Below, piece after piece: positions 1 to 8,066 of a DNA stretch of 64,000 nt (its first letter is position 1; each line of letters begins with the position of its first letter). A program made the position numbers and the translations under genes. The notes beneath the pieces were generated by a model. That model was not told the origin of the DNA and did not search any database. It saw nothing but the letters and a program-made list of their open reading frames with translations. Origin of the DNA: Opitutia bacterium (GTDB taxonomy: Bacteria; Verrucomicrobiota; Verrucomicrobiia; Opitutales; Opitutaceae); assembly GCA_947478395.1 (NCBI GenBank), contig CANJVR010000003.1, forward strand, positions 384,001 through 448,000, given 5' to 3'.

Positions 1-791
1 TCGGGATTGCCCGTGGTGGAGCGCAGGGCCTCCTCGATTTCGCCGCGCAGGATCGTCAGCGGCGTGCGCAATTCGTGCGAGGCATCGGCGGTGAAACGTG
101 AGGCCTGCTCGAAGCTGCGTTGCAGGCGGTCGAACATCGCGTTCAACACGCGGGTGTGGCGGCCGATCTCGTCGTCGGCCGGCAGGACCGGCAGGCGCGC
201 ATCGAGTCGCTCCGCGGTGATCGCAGCGGCGGCGGCGGTGATGTCGACGATCGGCCGGAGCGCGCGGCCGGCCATCCACCAACTGCCCAACCCGACGACG
301 ACGAGGACGACGGGCAGCGCGAGAAAATAAGCGGTCAGCAACTGCTCGACGGTCTCGCGCGCCGGTGCCGCGTCCGCCGCGATGAGTAACCGCAGGTCAC
401 CCCGTTTGAAATTTGCCAGGCGCAGCCGGCGGTCGCCGAGGCGCGCAAAGAAGAAACGCCGGCCGGACAGCGGGCGTTGCACGACGGGATTCAGGTCGGC
501 GGGATAAACGTACAGGACGGTGCCCTTGGCCTCGAGGACGGCAAAACCATAGATCGACTTGGCGTTCTGCAAAACCGCAGCGGAGCGTTCGGCGCCGAGC
601 CAGGCCTCGTTCGACGACGTCGGCATTTCCGCCGCGAGCAGATTCGAATTGGCCGTCAACCGGTGGTCGATCTCGGCGATTTCCTCGCGGTAGACATTGA
701 GCGCAGACACCACGCCCAGCGTGAGCAACGCGAGCCCGGTCACCAACGCTGACCAAAGCGTGAGTTTCGTGCGCAGCCGCCAGCGATTCAT
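1..791 (-). CDS. Heavy-metal-type sensor histidine kinase (CusS/CzcS-like), 5' part; runs off the window start
   Basis: Not in the ORF track because no stop lies in the window. ATG at 791-789 overlaps the regulator stop (ATGA). Translation begins MNRWRLRTKLTLWSALV (TM1), has a second TM and HAMP region, then the H-box RFTADASHELRTPLTILRGEIE near 30-100. Confidence 0.9.
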   Translation of the reverse strand, partial: MNRWRLRTKLTLWSALVTGLALLTLGVVSALNVYREEIAEIDHRLTANSNLLAAEMPTSSNEAWLGAERSAAVLQNAKSIYGFAVLEAKGTVLYVYPADLNPVVQRPLSGRRFFFARLGDRRLRLANFKRGDLRLLIAADAAPARETVEQLLTAYFLALPVVLVVVGLGSWWMAGRALRPIVDITAAAAAITAERLDARLPVLPADDEIGRHTRVLNAMFDRLQRSFEQASRFTADASHELRTPLTILRGEIEEALRSTTGNP

Positions 792-1462
792 AGGCCGGCT
801 TTCAACGTGTACCCCACGCCCCGCACCGTCTGCACCAAGGGCACGGCGTGGCCGTCGTCGATTTTGCGGCGCAGGCGCTGGATGCCGACGTCGACCACGT
901 TCGTGCCCGGATCGAAATGATAATCCCACACGTGTTCGCACAACTGCGTGCGCGTGTGCACGCGGCCGGGCGAGCGCATCAGATACTCCAGCAGCGCAAA
1001 CTCCCGGGTGGTGAGTTCGACTTTTCTCCCGGCGCGGCGCACCTCGCGGGTCGTCAGGTTGAGCGTGAGTTCACCGAGCTGGAGGAGGCTCAGGCCTTCG
1101 CCTGACAACCGACGCCAGACCGCACGGAGGCGCGCGATCAGCTCCTCGATGGAAAACGGTTTGGTGATGTAGTCGTCCGCGCCAAGGTTGAGGCCCTCGA
1201 CCCGTTCGGAAAGGCCTTCGCGCGCCGTGAGCAAAATGATCGGAACGCGGTTACGCTGTTCCCGCAGTTCCCGCAACACGCTGAGGCCGTCGCGTCCCGG
1301 GAGCATGATATCGAGCACCAGTGCGTCGAAACTTTCCGTGGACGCGAGATGCAGGGCATCGTCGCCGCGGTGGCAGACCGTGGGATTGAAACCGACCTCG
1401 CTGAGGCCTTTGCGCACGAAGGCCGCGATTTTCTTTTCGTCTTCCGCAATGAGGATGCGCAT
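788..1462 (-). CDS. OmpR-family response regulator, CusR/CopR/CzcR-like
   Basis: MRILIAEDE...LDIMLPGRDG...LLTAR...GADDYITKPF receiver domain and winged-helix VWDYHFDPGTNVVDV...TVRGVGY. Start moved to the ATG at 1462. Confidence 0.93.
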   Translation of the reverse strand: MRILIAEDEKKIAAFVRKGLSEVGFNPTVCHRGDDALHLASTESFDALVLDIMLPGRDGLSVLRELREQRNRVPIILLTAREGLSERVEGLNLGADDYITKPFSIEELIARLRAVWRRLSGEGLSLLQLGELTLNLTTREVRRAGRKVELTTREFALLEYLMRSPGRVHTRTQLCEHVWDYHFDPGTNVVDVGIQRLRRKIDDGHAVPLVQTVRGVGYTLKAGL

Positions 1463-1536
1463 GGGGGCAAAGCTGTCAGCGTGAACGGGCTCCGACAAGA
1501 GTCGGCCTCGGTTCACGGCGAGATGCGAATGGGCGA

Positions 1537-1881
1537 TTAATCGATGTCGAGCACCTTGCCATTCCCGGCGTCGATTTCGACCTCTTTGATTTTTCCGTCG
1601 GCCCCAACCACATCGAACGAATATTGGAGATTCCCGTCTTCGACTTCGAGTTCGGCCTTGATGACCTTGCCCGGGGCGGCGTCGAGAGCGGCCTTGAGCG
1701 CCACCTCCATCGAGATCTTGGCGAGGCCAGGGAGGTCGGCCGGCTGTACCTTACCCGTGGGGCGGATCGAAGCGACGGCGGTGGATTTCTTCTCGGCTTT
1801 GTCTGCGGAGCACGAGCTGGCCGCGCAGACCATGCCGAGCGCGAGAGCGCCGGAGATAAGGAAGGTACGGATATTTTTCAT
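1537..1881 (-). CDS. Secreted or lipoprotein PepSY-domain protein
   Basis: Signal-like MKNIRTFLISGALALGMVCAASSC, then ISMEVALKAAL...PGKVIKAELEVEDG..YSFDV...EVEIDAGNGKVL, a typical PepSY pattern. Confidence 0.85.
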   Translation of the reverse strand: MKNIRTFLISGALALGMVCAASSCSADKAEKKSTAVASIRPTGKVQPADLPGLAKISMEVALKAALDAAPGKVIKAELEVEDGNLQYSFDVVGADGKIKEVEIDAGNGKVLDID

Positions 1882-1974
1882 GACGAAGGGAAGAAGATGG
1901 TTTGCGCCGTGATCGGCGGGATAGCAGTCACGGCGAACTGTACACGGCAAAAATGGCGAAGGGAATCTCCGCTC

Positions 1975-1992
1975 CATGACAAAACGGTCATG
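1975..1992. promoter_or_regulatory. Putative CusR/CopR-type operator (CATGAC-AAAACG-GTCATG)
   Basis: Palindrome in the divergent intergenic region. It resembles the E. coli CusR box core ATGACAA..TTGTCAT, and a near-identical copy lies at 4563-4578. Confidence 0.7.
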
Positions 1993-2105
1993 CCCCCACC
2001 GGGTTGCGGGCGCCGGGTTTGCCTCGGTAAATTACAACTCCGTCATCATCGGCGTCACACCCGCGTTACTTTTTTCCGCTACGCTGCCCGCCCGATTCCA
2101 AACGC

Positions 2106-4544
2106 ATGAAACTGTATCGTCTCGCCGCGCTGTCCTTCGCTCTTTCCGTCGCTTTGATGGCCCAAAAAACCGGGGAGGGGAGTGCCACCGGCACGATTGC
2201 CGATTCGGCGACCGGCCGTCCGGTGGAATACGTGGCCGTCACGGTTAAAAACAAATCCGATGGTCAGGCGGTGCGCTCGGGCGCGACGGACGCCAAAGGG
2301 GCTTTCGATTTGGAGAAAATCCCGTTCGGCCGTTACGATCTAAGTTACGGATTGGTGGGCTCCGACACACCCGACACCGCCGAATTCACGCTCGATGCCC
2401 AGCACGGCACCGCGAATCTTGGGCGCCTGCTGCTGACTGGGAGCAGCGTGGTGAAGCTGGACAAAGTGGAGGTGACGACCGGCAAGGAGGCCTTCTACAA
2501 TTCGATCGACCGGAAAGTCTACAACGTCGGCAAGGACATCCAGAGTGTCACGGGCTCGGCGAGCGAGCTGCTCGCGAACGTACCGTCGGTGCAGGTCGAT
2601 ATCGAGGGCAACGTCAGCCTGCGCGGCGATGCCAACGTGCTGATCTTGGTGAACGGTAAAACCTCCACGATGATGGGCAAAAATCGGGCCGCCGTCCTCG
2701 AGCAGATGCCTGCCGATGGCATCGAAAAAATCGAGGTCATCACCAACCCCTCCGCGAAATACAAACCCGACGGAACCGGCGGGATCATCAATATCACGCT
2801 GAAGAAAAAACAGGACCCCGGCTATTCCGGCAGCGCGCGCGCCTCCATCGGCAACAATCAGCGCTACAACGGGAGCGTCACCGCGAATTTCAACCCAGGG
2901 AAATACAACATCTACGGCAGCGCCAGCGTGCGTCAGGACGACCGGCCGCGCTCGGTGCACGACGAACGTTCCCATCCCGACGCCACCGGCACGCCGGTCG
3001 CCACCACTCAGGTTACCGCTGAGCATTCCCGGCCTCTGTCGCGCATCGTTCAGGCGGGCTTGGATTACAAAGCCGACGACCAGACGAAGATCGGCGGTTC
3101 GGTACATTATAACTACCGCGATTTTGTCCGTCACACCGTGGTTTCAAATCTCACGCGGACGGGTGGCGTTGTGACCACCGACTACGACCGGGTCCGCACC
3201 GATCCAGAATACGAAAAGGATTTGGAATTTACGGGGACGTTGCAGCACTCATTCGCCAAGGAGGGCGAGGAGCTGAACTTCGAGCTGCGCAACGGCAAGA
3301 CCACGGAGCAGGAGGACAACCGCTACGCGAACATCTACCGCGACGGCAGCACCACTCGCCCGCTCGACAACGAACTGCTCAAGAATATCGAGACAAACAC
3401 CGAAGCCGCGGCGGACTACGCGAATCCGTTTGGCGAGGATGCGAAACTGGAATCCGGCTACAACGGCCAGTGGAACCAGGTCGACATGGATTTTCGCGGG
3501 AGTTTTTTCGACCCGACGACGCAGGCATGGCGGGCGGATAGTTCCCGGACCAACCGCTTTGTCTACGACGGCGAGATTCACGCGCTCTACAGTACCTTAG
3601 CGCGTAAGTTCGGGGCCTTCGGACTGCTCGCTGGCCTGCGTTTCGAACAGGCCACCATTCACACAAATCAAATCACCGCCGGGCTGAAGGACAGAAACGA
3701 GTACAACCATTTTTATCCTAGCCTCCACCTCAGCTATAATTTGTCGGACGCCCAACAGCTCCAGTTGAACTACAGCCATCGCGTTCATCGTCCCGAGGGC
3801 GACGATCTTAATCCCTTTCCGCAGTACGATGATCCCAGCAATTTGCGCGTGGGTAATCCCCGCCTGCGGCCCGAAGACATCCATTCCGTCGAGGCGGGCT
3901 ACCAATACAAAAATAACGACACGACCTACCTCGCCACCGTTTACTACCGCTATCGTTACAATGGCATGACTGAGGTCCGTCGTTTTGTGAACAGCGTCAC
4001 GCTGCTGCCGGACTCGAACGGCACCACGCTGCTCACCACGCGGGAAAACCTCGGAGTCAACCGTTCCAGCGGTCTCGAATTCGGCGCCACCACGCGGTTG
4101 AAGGAACGCCTCTCACTGAATTTTAGTTCGAACGTGTATCGCTCGGAGATCGATGCCAGCAACCTCGGTTTCAGCGCGCGGCGCACCGCCATCGCGTGGG
4201 ACGCGAAGCTCAACCTGAACTTCGACGTGTCGAAAACCACGCTCGTCCAGTTGAACACCAACTACACCGCGAAACGCCTCACGCCGCAGGGTTATCGATA
4301 TCCCACCTATCTCGCGAACGTGGGCCTGCGCCACAATTTCAAGGACAAGAAAATGGCGTTTATTCTCAGTGTATCGGATATCTTAAATTCGCTGAAGGAA
4401 CGGACGCTGGTCGACACGCCGACCTTGCGGCAGGAAGTCACCCGTCGGCGCAGTTCACGAATCCTCTATGCTGGTTTCATCTATAATTTCGGCAAACCGG
4501 CCAAAAAATCGAAAGACGATCTCCAGTTCGACAACGCGCTCTGA
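2106..4544 (+). CDS. TonB-dependent receptor / outer-membrane beta-barrel protein with N-terminal carboxypeptidase-regulatory-like domain
   Basis: Signal peptide; GTIAD...PVEYVAV N-domain; plug motifs LANVPSVQVD, IEKIEVITNPSAKYKPDGTGGIINI; barrel motif GNPRLRPE; ends GFIYNFG plus a short tail. Confidence 0.9.
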   Translation: MKLYRLAALSFALSVALMAQKTGEGSATGTIADSATGRPVEYVAVTVKNKSDGQAVRSGATDAKGAFDLEKIPFGRYDLSYGLVGSDTPDTAEFTLDAQHGTANLGRLLLTGSSVVKLDKVEVTTGKEAFYNSIDRKVYNVGKDIQSVTGSASELLANVPSVQVDIEGNVSLRGDANVLILVNGKTSTMMGKNRAAVLEQMPADGIEKIEVITNPSAKYKPDGTGGIINITLKKKQDPGYSGSARASIGNNQRYNGSVTANFNPGKYNIYGSASVRQDDRPRSVHDERSHPDATGTPVATTQVTAEHSRPLSRIVQAGLDYKADDQTKIGGSVHYNYRDFVRHTVVSNLTRTGGVVTTDYDRVRTDPEYEKDLEFTGTLQHSFAKEGEELNFELRNGKTTEQEDNRYANIYRDGSTTRPLDNELLKNIETNTEAAADYANPFGEDAKLESGYNGQWNQVDMDFRGSFFDPTTQAWRADSSRTNRFVYDGEIHALYSTLARKFGAFGLLAGLRFEQATIHTNQITAGLKDRNEYNHFYPSLHLSYNLSDAQQLQLNYSHRVHRPEGDDLNPFPQYDDPSNLRVGNPRLRPEDIHSVEAGYQYKNNDTTYLATVYYRYRYNGMTEVRRFVNSVTLLPDSNGTTLLTTRENLGVNRSSGLEFGATTRLKERLSLNFSSNVYRSEIDASNLGFSARRTAIAWDAKLNLNFDVSKTTLVQLNTNYTAKRLTPQGYRYPTYLANVGLRHNFKDKKMAFILSVSDILNSLKERTLVDTPTLRQEVTRRRSSRILYAGFIYNFGKPAKKSKDDLQFDNAL

Positions 4545-4562
4545 TCCACCGCCTCTCCTCAA

Positions 4563-4578
4563 ATGACAAAAACGTCAT
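4563..4578. promoter_or_regulatory. Second putative CusR/CopR-type operator (ATGAC-AAAAAC-GTCAT)
   Basis: Same arms and 6-nt A-rich spacer as 1976-1991; lies 60 nt upstream of the YncE-like gene. Confidence 0.7.
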
Positions 4579-4637
4579 ATGCCGCCTGTTGCCACTCCTG
4601 CGGCGCTGCACCCAGCTCACGTCAGTTCCTTCACCCT

Positions 4638-5657
4638 ATGAAATTGTTCCTCTCCTTCGTCTCCGCGCTCTCCCTTGCCACGGTTTCCTTCGCGGCGGCC
4701 GCCGACTACCACATCGTGGCGCACTTCAATATCGGCGGCACCGGTGGCTACGACTATCTCCGCGTCGATCCCGTTGCTCGCCGGCTGTATGTCGCGCACG
4801 AAAAACGCGTCGAGGTCCTCGATGCCGACACCGGCAAAAAAGTGGGTGAGATCGGTCCCGCCACGCGGGCCCACGGGATCGCCCTTGCGCCGGAGTTGAA
4901 CCACGGGTTCGTCACGAGCGGCGTCGACGATCTGATCACGATGTTCGACTTGAAAACACTCGCGACGCTCAAACAGGTGAAATCCACCGGCTCCAATCCC
5001 GACGCTATCGAATACGATCCCGAGTCGAAGAAAATTTACGTGGGCAATCACGGCAGCGGTGAAATCGTCGTGATCGATCCAGCTTCAGGCGAAATCACCG
5101 GCACGCTCGCCTTGGGCGGCAAACTCGAGGGCATCGCTTTCGATGGCCGCGGCCAAGGCTACGTGATCGCCGAGGACAAAGCGGCGGTCCATGTGTTCGA
5201 CACGCACACCCTCAAGGCGAAGGCCACGTGGGCGTTTGCTCCGGGCGAAGGCGGCACCGGCCTCGCCGTCGACGCGGCCAATCACCGGCTCTTCGCCTCG
5301 TGCGGGAATAACAAAATGGTGGTACTCGATAGCGACAGCGGGAAATTTGTCGCCAGCGCGGTCATCGGTGATGATCCCGACGGCCTCACCTTCGATCCGA
5401 AGAATCACCGCATCTTCACTTCCAACGTTGATGGTACGCTCACGGTGATTCAGCAGGATTCCGCTGATAAGTATTCCGTGCTGCAAAACGTGAAGACCCC
5501 GCCGACCTCCAAGACCATCGCCTTCGATGCAAAGACGGGCAACGTGATCACCTGCGCGCCGCAATACGGACCGAAGCCCGCCCGCGTGGCCGGTGGACCC
5601 GCGCCGAAAGCCCCGATCATTCCGGGCTCGTTCGAAGCGGTGGTCGTCGGTCAATAA
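4638..5657 (+). CDS. YncE-family secreted beta-propeller protein
   Basis: Signal peptide MKLFLSFVSALSLATVSFAAAA; GGYDYL.VD..ARRLYVAH and repeated blade motifs (HGIAL, NPDAIEYD, EGIAFD, DGLTFD). Start moved to ATG 4638. Confidence 0.85.
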   Translation: MKLFLSFVSALSLATVSFAAAADYHIVAHFNIGGTGGYDYLRVDPVARRLYVAHEKRVEVLDADTGKKVGEIGPATRAHGIALAPELNHGFVTSGVDDLITMFDLKTLATLKQVKSTGSNPDAIEYDPESKKIYVGNHGSGEIVVIDPASGEITGTLALGGKLEGIAFDGRGQGYVIAEDKAAVHVFDTHTLKAKATWAFAPGEGGTGLAVDAANHRLFASCGNNKMVVLDSDSGKFVASAVIGDDPDGLTFDPKNHRIFTSNVDGTLTVIQQDSADKYSVLQNVKTPPTSKTIAFDAKTGNVITCAPQYGPKPARVAGGPAPKAPIIPGSFEAVVVGQ

Positions 5658-5675
5658 ACGAGTTTGGATTTGCTG

Positions 5676-7085
5676 ATGACCTTTGCGCGTAACCGTCTGC
5701 AGGGCGTGCTCGCCTCCGTCGTGGGATTGCTGGCGGGTTGTGCCAGCCAGCCCCCGCCACCGCCGTCAGCGCTTTCGGCGGCCGCGCGGGCGGTTAGTTT
5801 CGATGCGCGTTCGCTGCGCGACGCCGGGCTGCGGCAATTTCTCGCTGAGAATCTTGGCGCGGCTCCGACCGACGCTTGGGATTTTGAAACGCTGGGGTGG
5901 GTCGCATTCTATTATCATCCCTCGCTTGAACTGGCGCGCGCGCAATGGGCCACGGCGCGCGCGGTTGCGACCACGGCGGGCGTGCGGCCGAACCCCACGC
6001 TCACGTTTACGCCGGGTTACAACTCCACGCGGGTGCCGGGAGTTTCACCGTGGATGCCCGGTATCAATTTCGATTTTCTTTTCCCAACCGCGGGCAAGCG
6101 CGGCCACCAGGAGGCGATCGCGCGCAGCGATGCCGAGGCGGCCCGGCTCGCGGTTTTCTCCGCGGCGTGGCAAATCCGCGCGGAGTTGCGGCGTGCGCTG
6201 ATGGATGCGACAGCCGCGGTGCGGCGCGAAGGTTTGCTGCGCGGGCAGCTCGAGGTTCAGCAAAAACTGGTCGCACTGCTTGAGCAACGTTTCGCCGCCG
6301 GCAGTGCCGCGGCTACGGATGTTTCGGTGCTGCACACGGCCGCATTGCGCGCCGAGGCCGTGGCGGCGGATGCGGCGAGTCAGACGGTCATCGCCCGGTC
6401 CCGCGTCGCGGCTGCGCTGGGCTTGCCGCTGGCGGCGCTCGATGGTGTTACGCTACCCGCTGCTCCGGCGCTGGCCGTCTTTTCATCCGACGCACTTGCC
6501 CAAGCCCGGCGTGAGTCGCTGCAGTCGCGGGCCGATGTCCTCGTGGCACTCGCCAAATATCAATCTGCGCAGTCCACCCTCGAGCTGGAGTTCGCGAAAC
6601 GGATGCCCGACATCCATCTCGGACCGGGCTACCAATGGGATCAGGGCACGAACAAGTGGACGCTGGGCATTTCGCTCGAGCTCCCGATTTTCCACCGCAA
6701 CGAAGCGCCGATCGCCGAGGCCACGGCGCGTCGGGCCGAGGCGGCGGCACAGTTCAATGTCGTCCAAGCGCAAGCCATCGCTGCGATCGATGCTGCCGTA
6801 GTCGCGCAAAGTGCGGCAGGTATTCAACTCGCTCGCGCCCGACTTCTCCGCACCGAAATCGAAAAGCAGGGCGCCTTGGTGCGTCAGCGCCTTGAACTTG
6901 GCGGGGCTGATCAGGTTGAGGTCCAGACCGCGCGCCTCGATCTCGCGACGGTTGATACCGCCGTCGCCGACGCCGAGAGCGCAAACGCCCTCGCCGCCGG
7001 TCAACTTGAGGACGCGTTGCAACTGCCCTTTCCCCATCTCGCCGCGCTGGCCGCCGCCGTGCCGGCCAACTCCCGCACGCCATGA
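5676..7085 (+). CDS. TolC/CzcC-family outer-membrane efflux lipoprotein
   Basis: Lipobox LLAGC; PNPTL, LELPIFHRN and helical OEP-like repeats; precedes MFP and RND genes. Confidence 0.88.
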   Translation: MTFARNRLQGVLASVVGLLAGCASQPPPPPSALSAAARAVSFDARSLRDAGLRQFLAENLGAAPTDAWDFETLGWVAFYYHPSLELARAQWATARAVATTAGVRPNPTLTFTPGYNSTRVPGVSPWMPGINFDFLFPTAGKRGHQEAIARSDAEAARLAVFSAAWQIRAELRRALMDATAAVRREGLLRGQLEVQQKLVALLEQRFAAGSAAATDVSVLHTAALRAEAVAADAASQTVIARSRVAAALGLPLAALDGVTLPAAPALAVFSSDALAQARRESLQSRADVLVALAKYQSAQSTLELEFAKRMPDIHLGPGYQWDQGTNKWTLGISLELPIFHRNEAPIAEATARRAEAAAQFNVVQAQAIAAIDAAVVAQSAAGIQLARARLLRTEIEKQGALVRQRLELGGADQVEVQTARLDLATVDTAVADAESANALAAGQLEDALQLPFPHLAALAAAVPANSRTP

Positions 7086-8062
7086 AAAAACTCGTTGTCG
7101 GAATTTTGATCGGTCTGCTCGCGGGCGCCGGCGCCACGTGGGTCACGCTTCGTCCTCACGGGGGGACCGCGGCCGAGTCGCCCAAAGCCGAGGCCGCGAA
7201 GCCGCCGGAGAAGGAAAAGGAAAACCCTCTGCGTCTTAATGCAGCGAAACGCACGGCGGCGGGCATCACGCTGGCCAAGGCCGCTGAAGCGGCGCTGACC
7301 TCCGAGGTCGCGGCGTTCGGCCGGGTGCTGGATGCGACCTCGATGGTCGCGTTGGGCGCCGAGGCGGAAACCGCGCGCGTGGCCGCAGGTGCTACCGAAA
7401 AAGAATTGGACCGCGCGAAAAAACTTTTCGCCGCCGGCGGTAATGCCTCTGCGCAGATGGTGGAAACCGCCGAAGCTAACGCGGCCCGCGATCGCACCGC
7501 CGTTGCGTCCGCTCAAGCGCGGTTGTTGACCACGTGGGGACGCGAGGTCGCGAAGAATTTTATAGCCATCAATCAGGCGCTGGTGGCCGGGGCGTCACTC
7601 GCGCGGCTCGATGTGTTGCCGGGAGATCCGGTCGGCGCCGCGCCGAAAGCCGCGCATCTCGCGCTGGCGGGAAGCACCGACGTTTTCGAAGCCGAAGTTC
7701 TCGGGCCGTCGCCGGTCGCCGATCCCCAGGTGCAGGGCGCGAGTTTTCTGGTGCTCTTGCGCGGACATCCGCTGCCGGCCGGCGCCGCGTTGCGCGGAAC
7801 GCTTCCCGGAATCGGTGCAGCGGTTCCGGCGTTCGTCGTACCGCGGGGTGCGGTTGTATACCATCAGGGCAGTGCGTGGGTTTTCGTTTTGGGCGAGGAA
7901 GATACCTTTGAACGCAAGCTCGTCAGTCTCGGCCGCGCGATCGGTGACGATGGTGTCGCGGTGACGCAGGGCGTGGATGCCGCCGAGCAAATCGTGACGA
8001 CCGGCGCGCAGCAATTGCTCGCGGCTGAATTGCAGGCGGGCGGGGCACCCGAAGCGGACTAA
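7082..8062 (+). CDS. RND efflux periplasmic adaptor (MFP)
   Basis: N-terminal TM anchor, alpha-hairpin ELDRAKKLF, C-terminal VPRGAVV...WVFV...FERKLVSLG...GAQQL; ATGA overlap with tolC. Confidence 0.85.
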   Translation: MKKLVVGILIGLLAGAGATWVTLRPHGGTAAESPKAEAAKPPEKEKENPLRLNAAKRTAAGITLAKAAEAALTSEVAAFGRVLDATSMVALGAEAETARVAAGATEKELDRAKKLFAAGGNASAQMVETAEANAARDRTAVASAQARLLTTWGREVAKNFIAINQALVAGASLARLDVLPGDPVGAAPKAAHLALAGSTDVFEAEVLGPSPVADPQVQGASFLVLLRGHPLPAGAALRGTLPGIGAAVPAFVVPRGAVVYHQGSAWVFVLGEEDTFERKLVSLGRAIGDDGVAVTQGVDAAEQIVTTGAQQLLAAELQAGGAPEAD

Positions 8063-8066
8063 CACC

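Noticed and set aside
7..756. Several short ORFs overlapping the first 790 nt
   Set aside because: Shadow frames of the minus-strand histidine kinase, which has a clear H-box.
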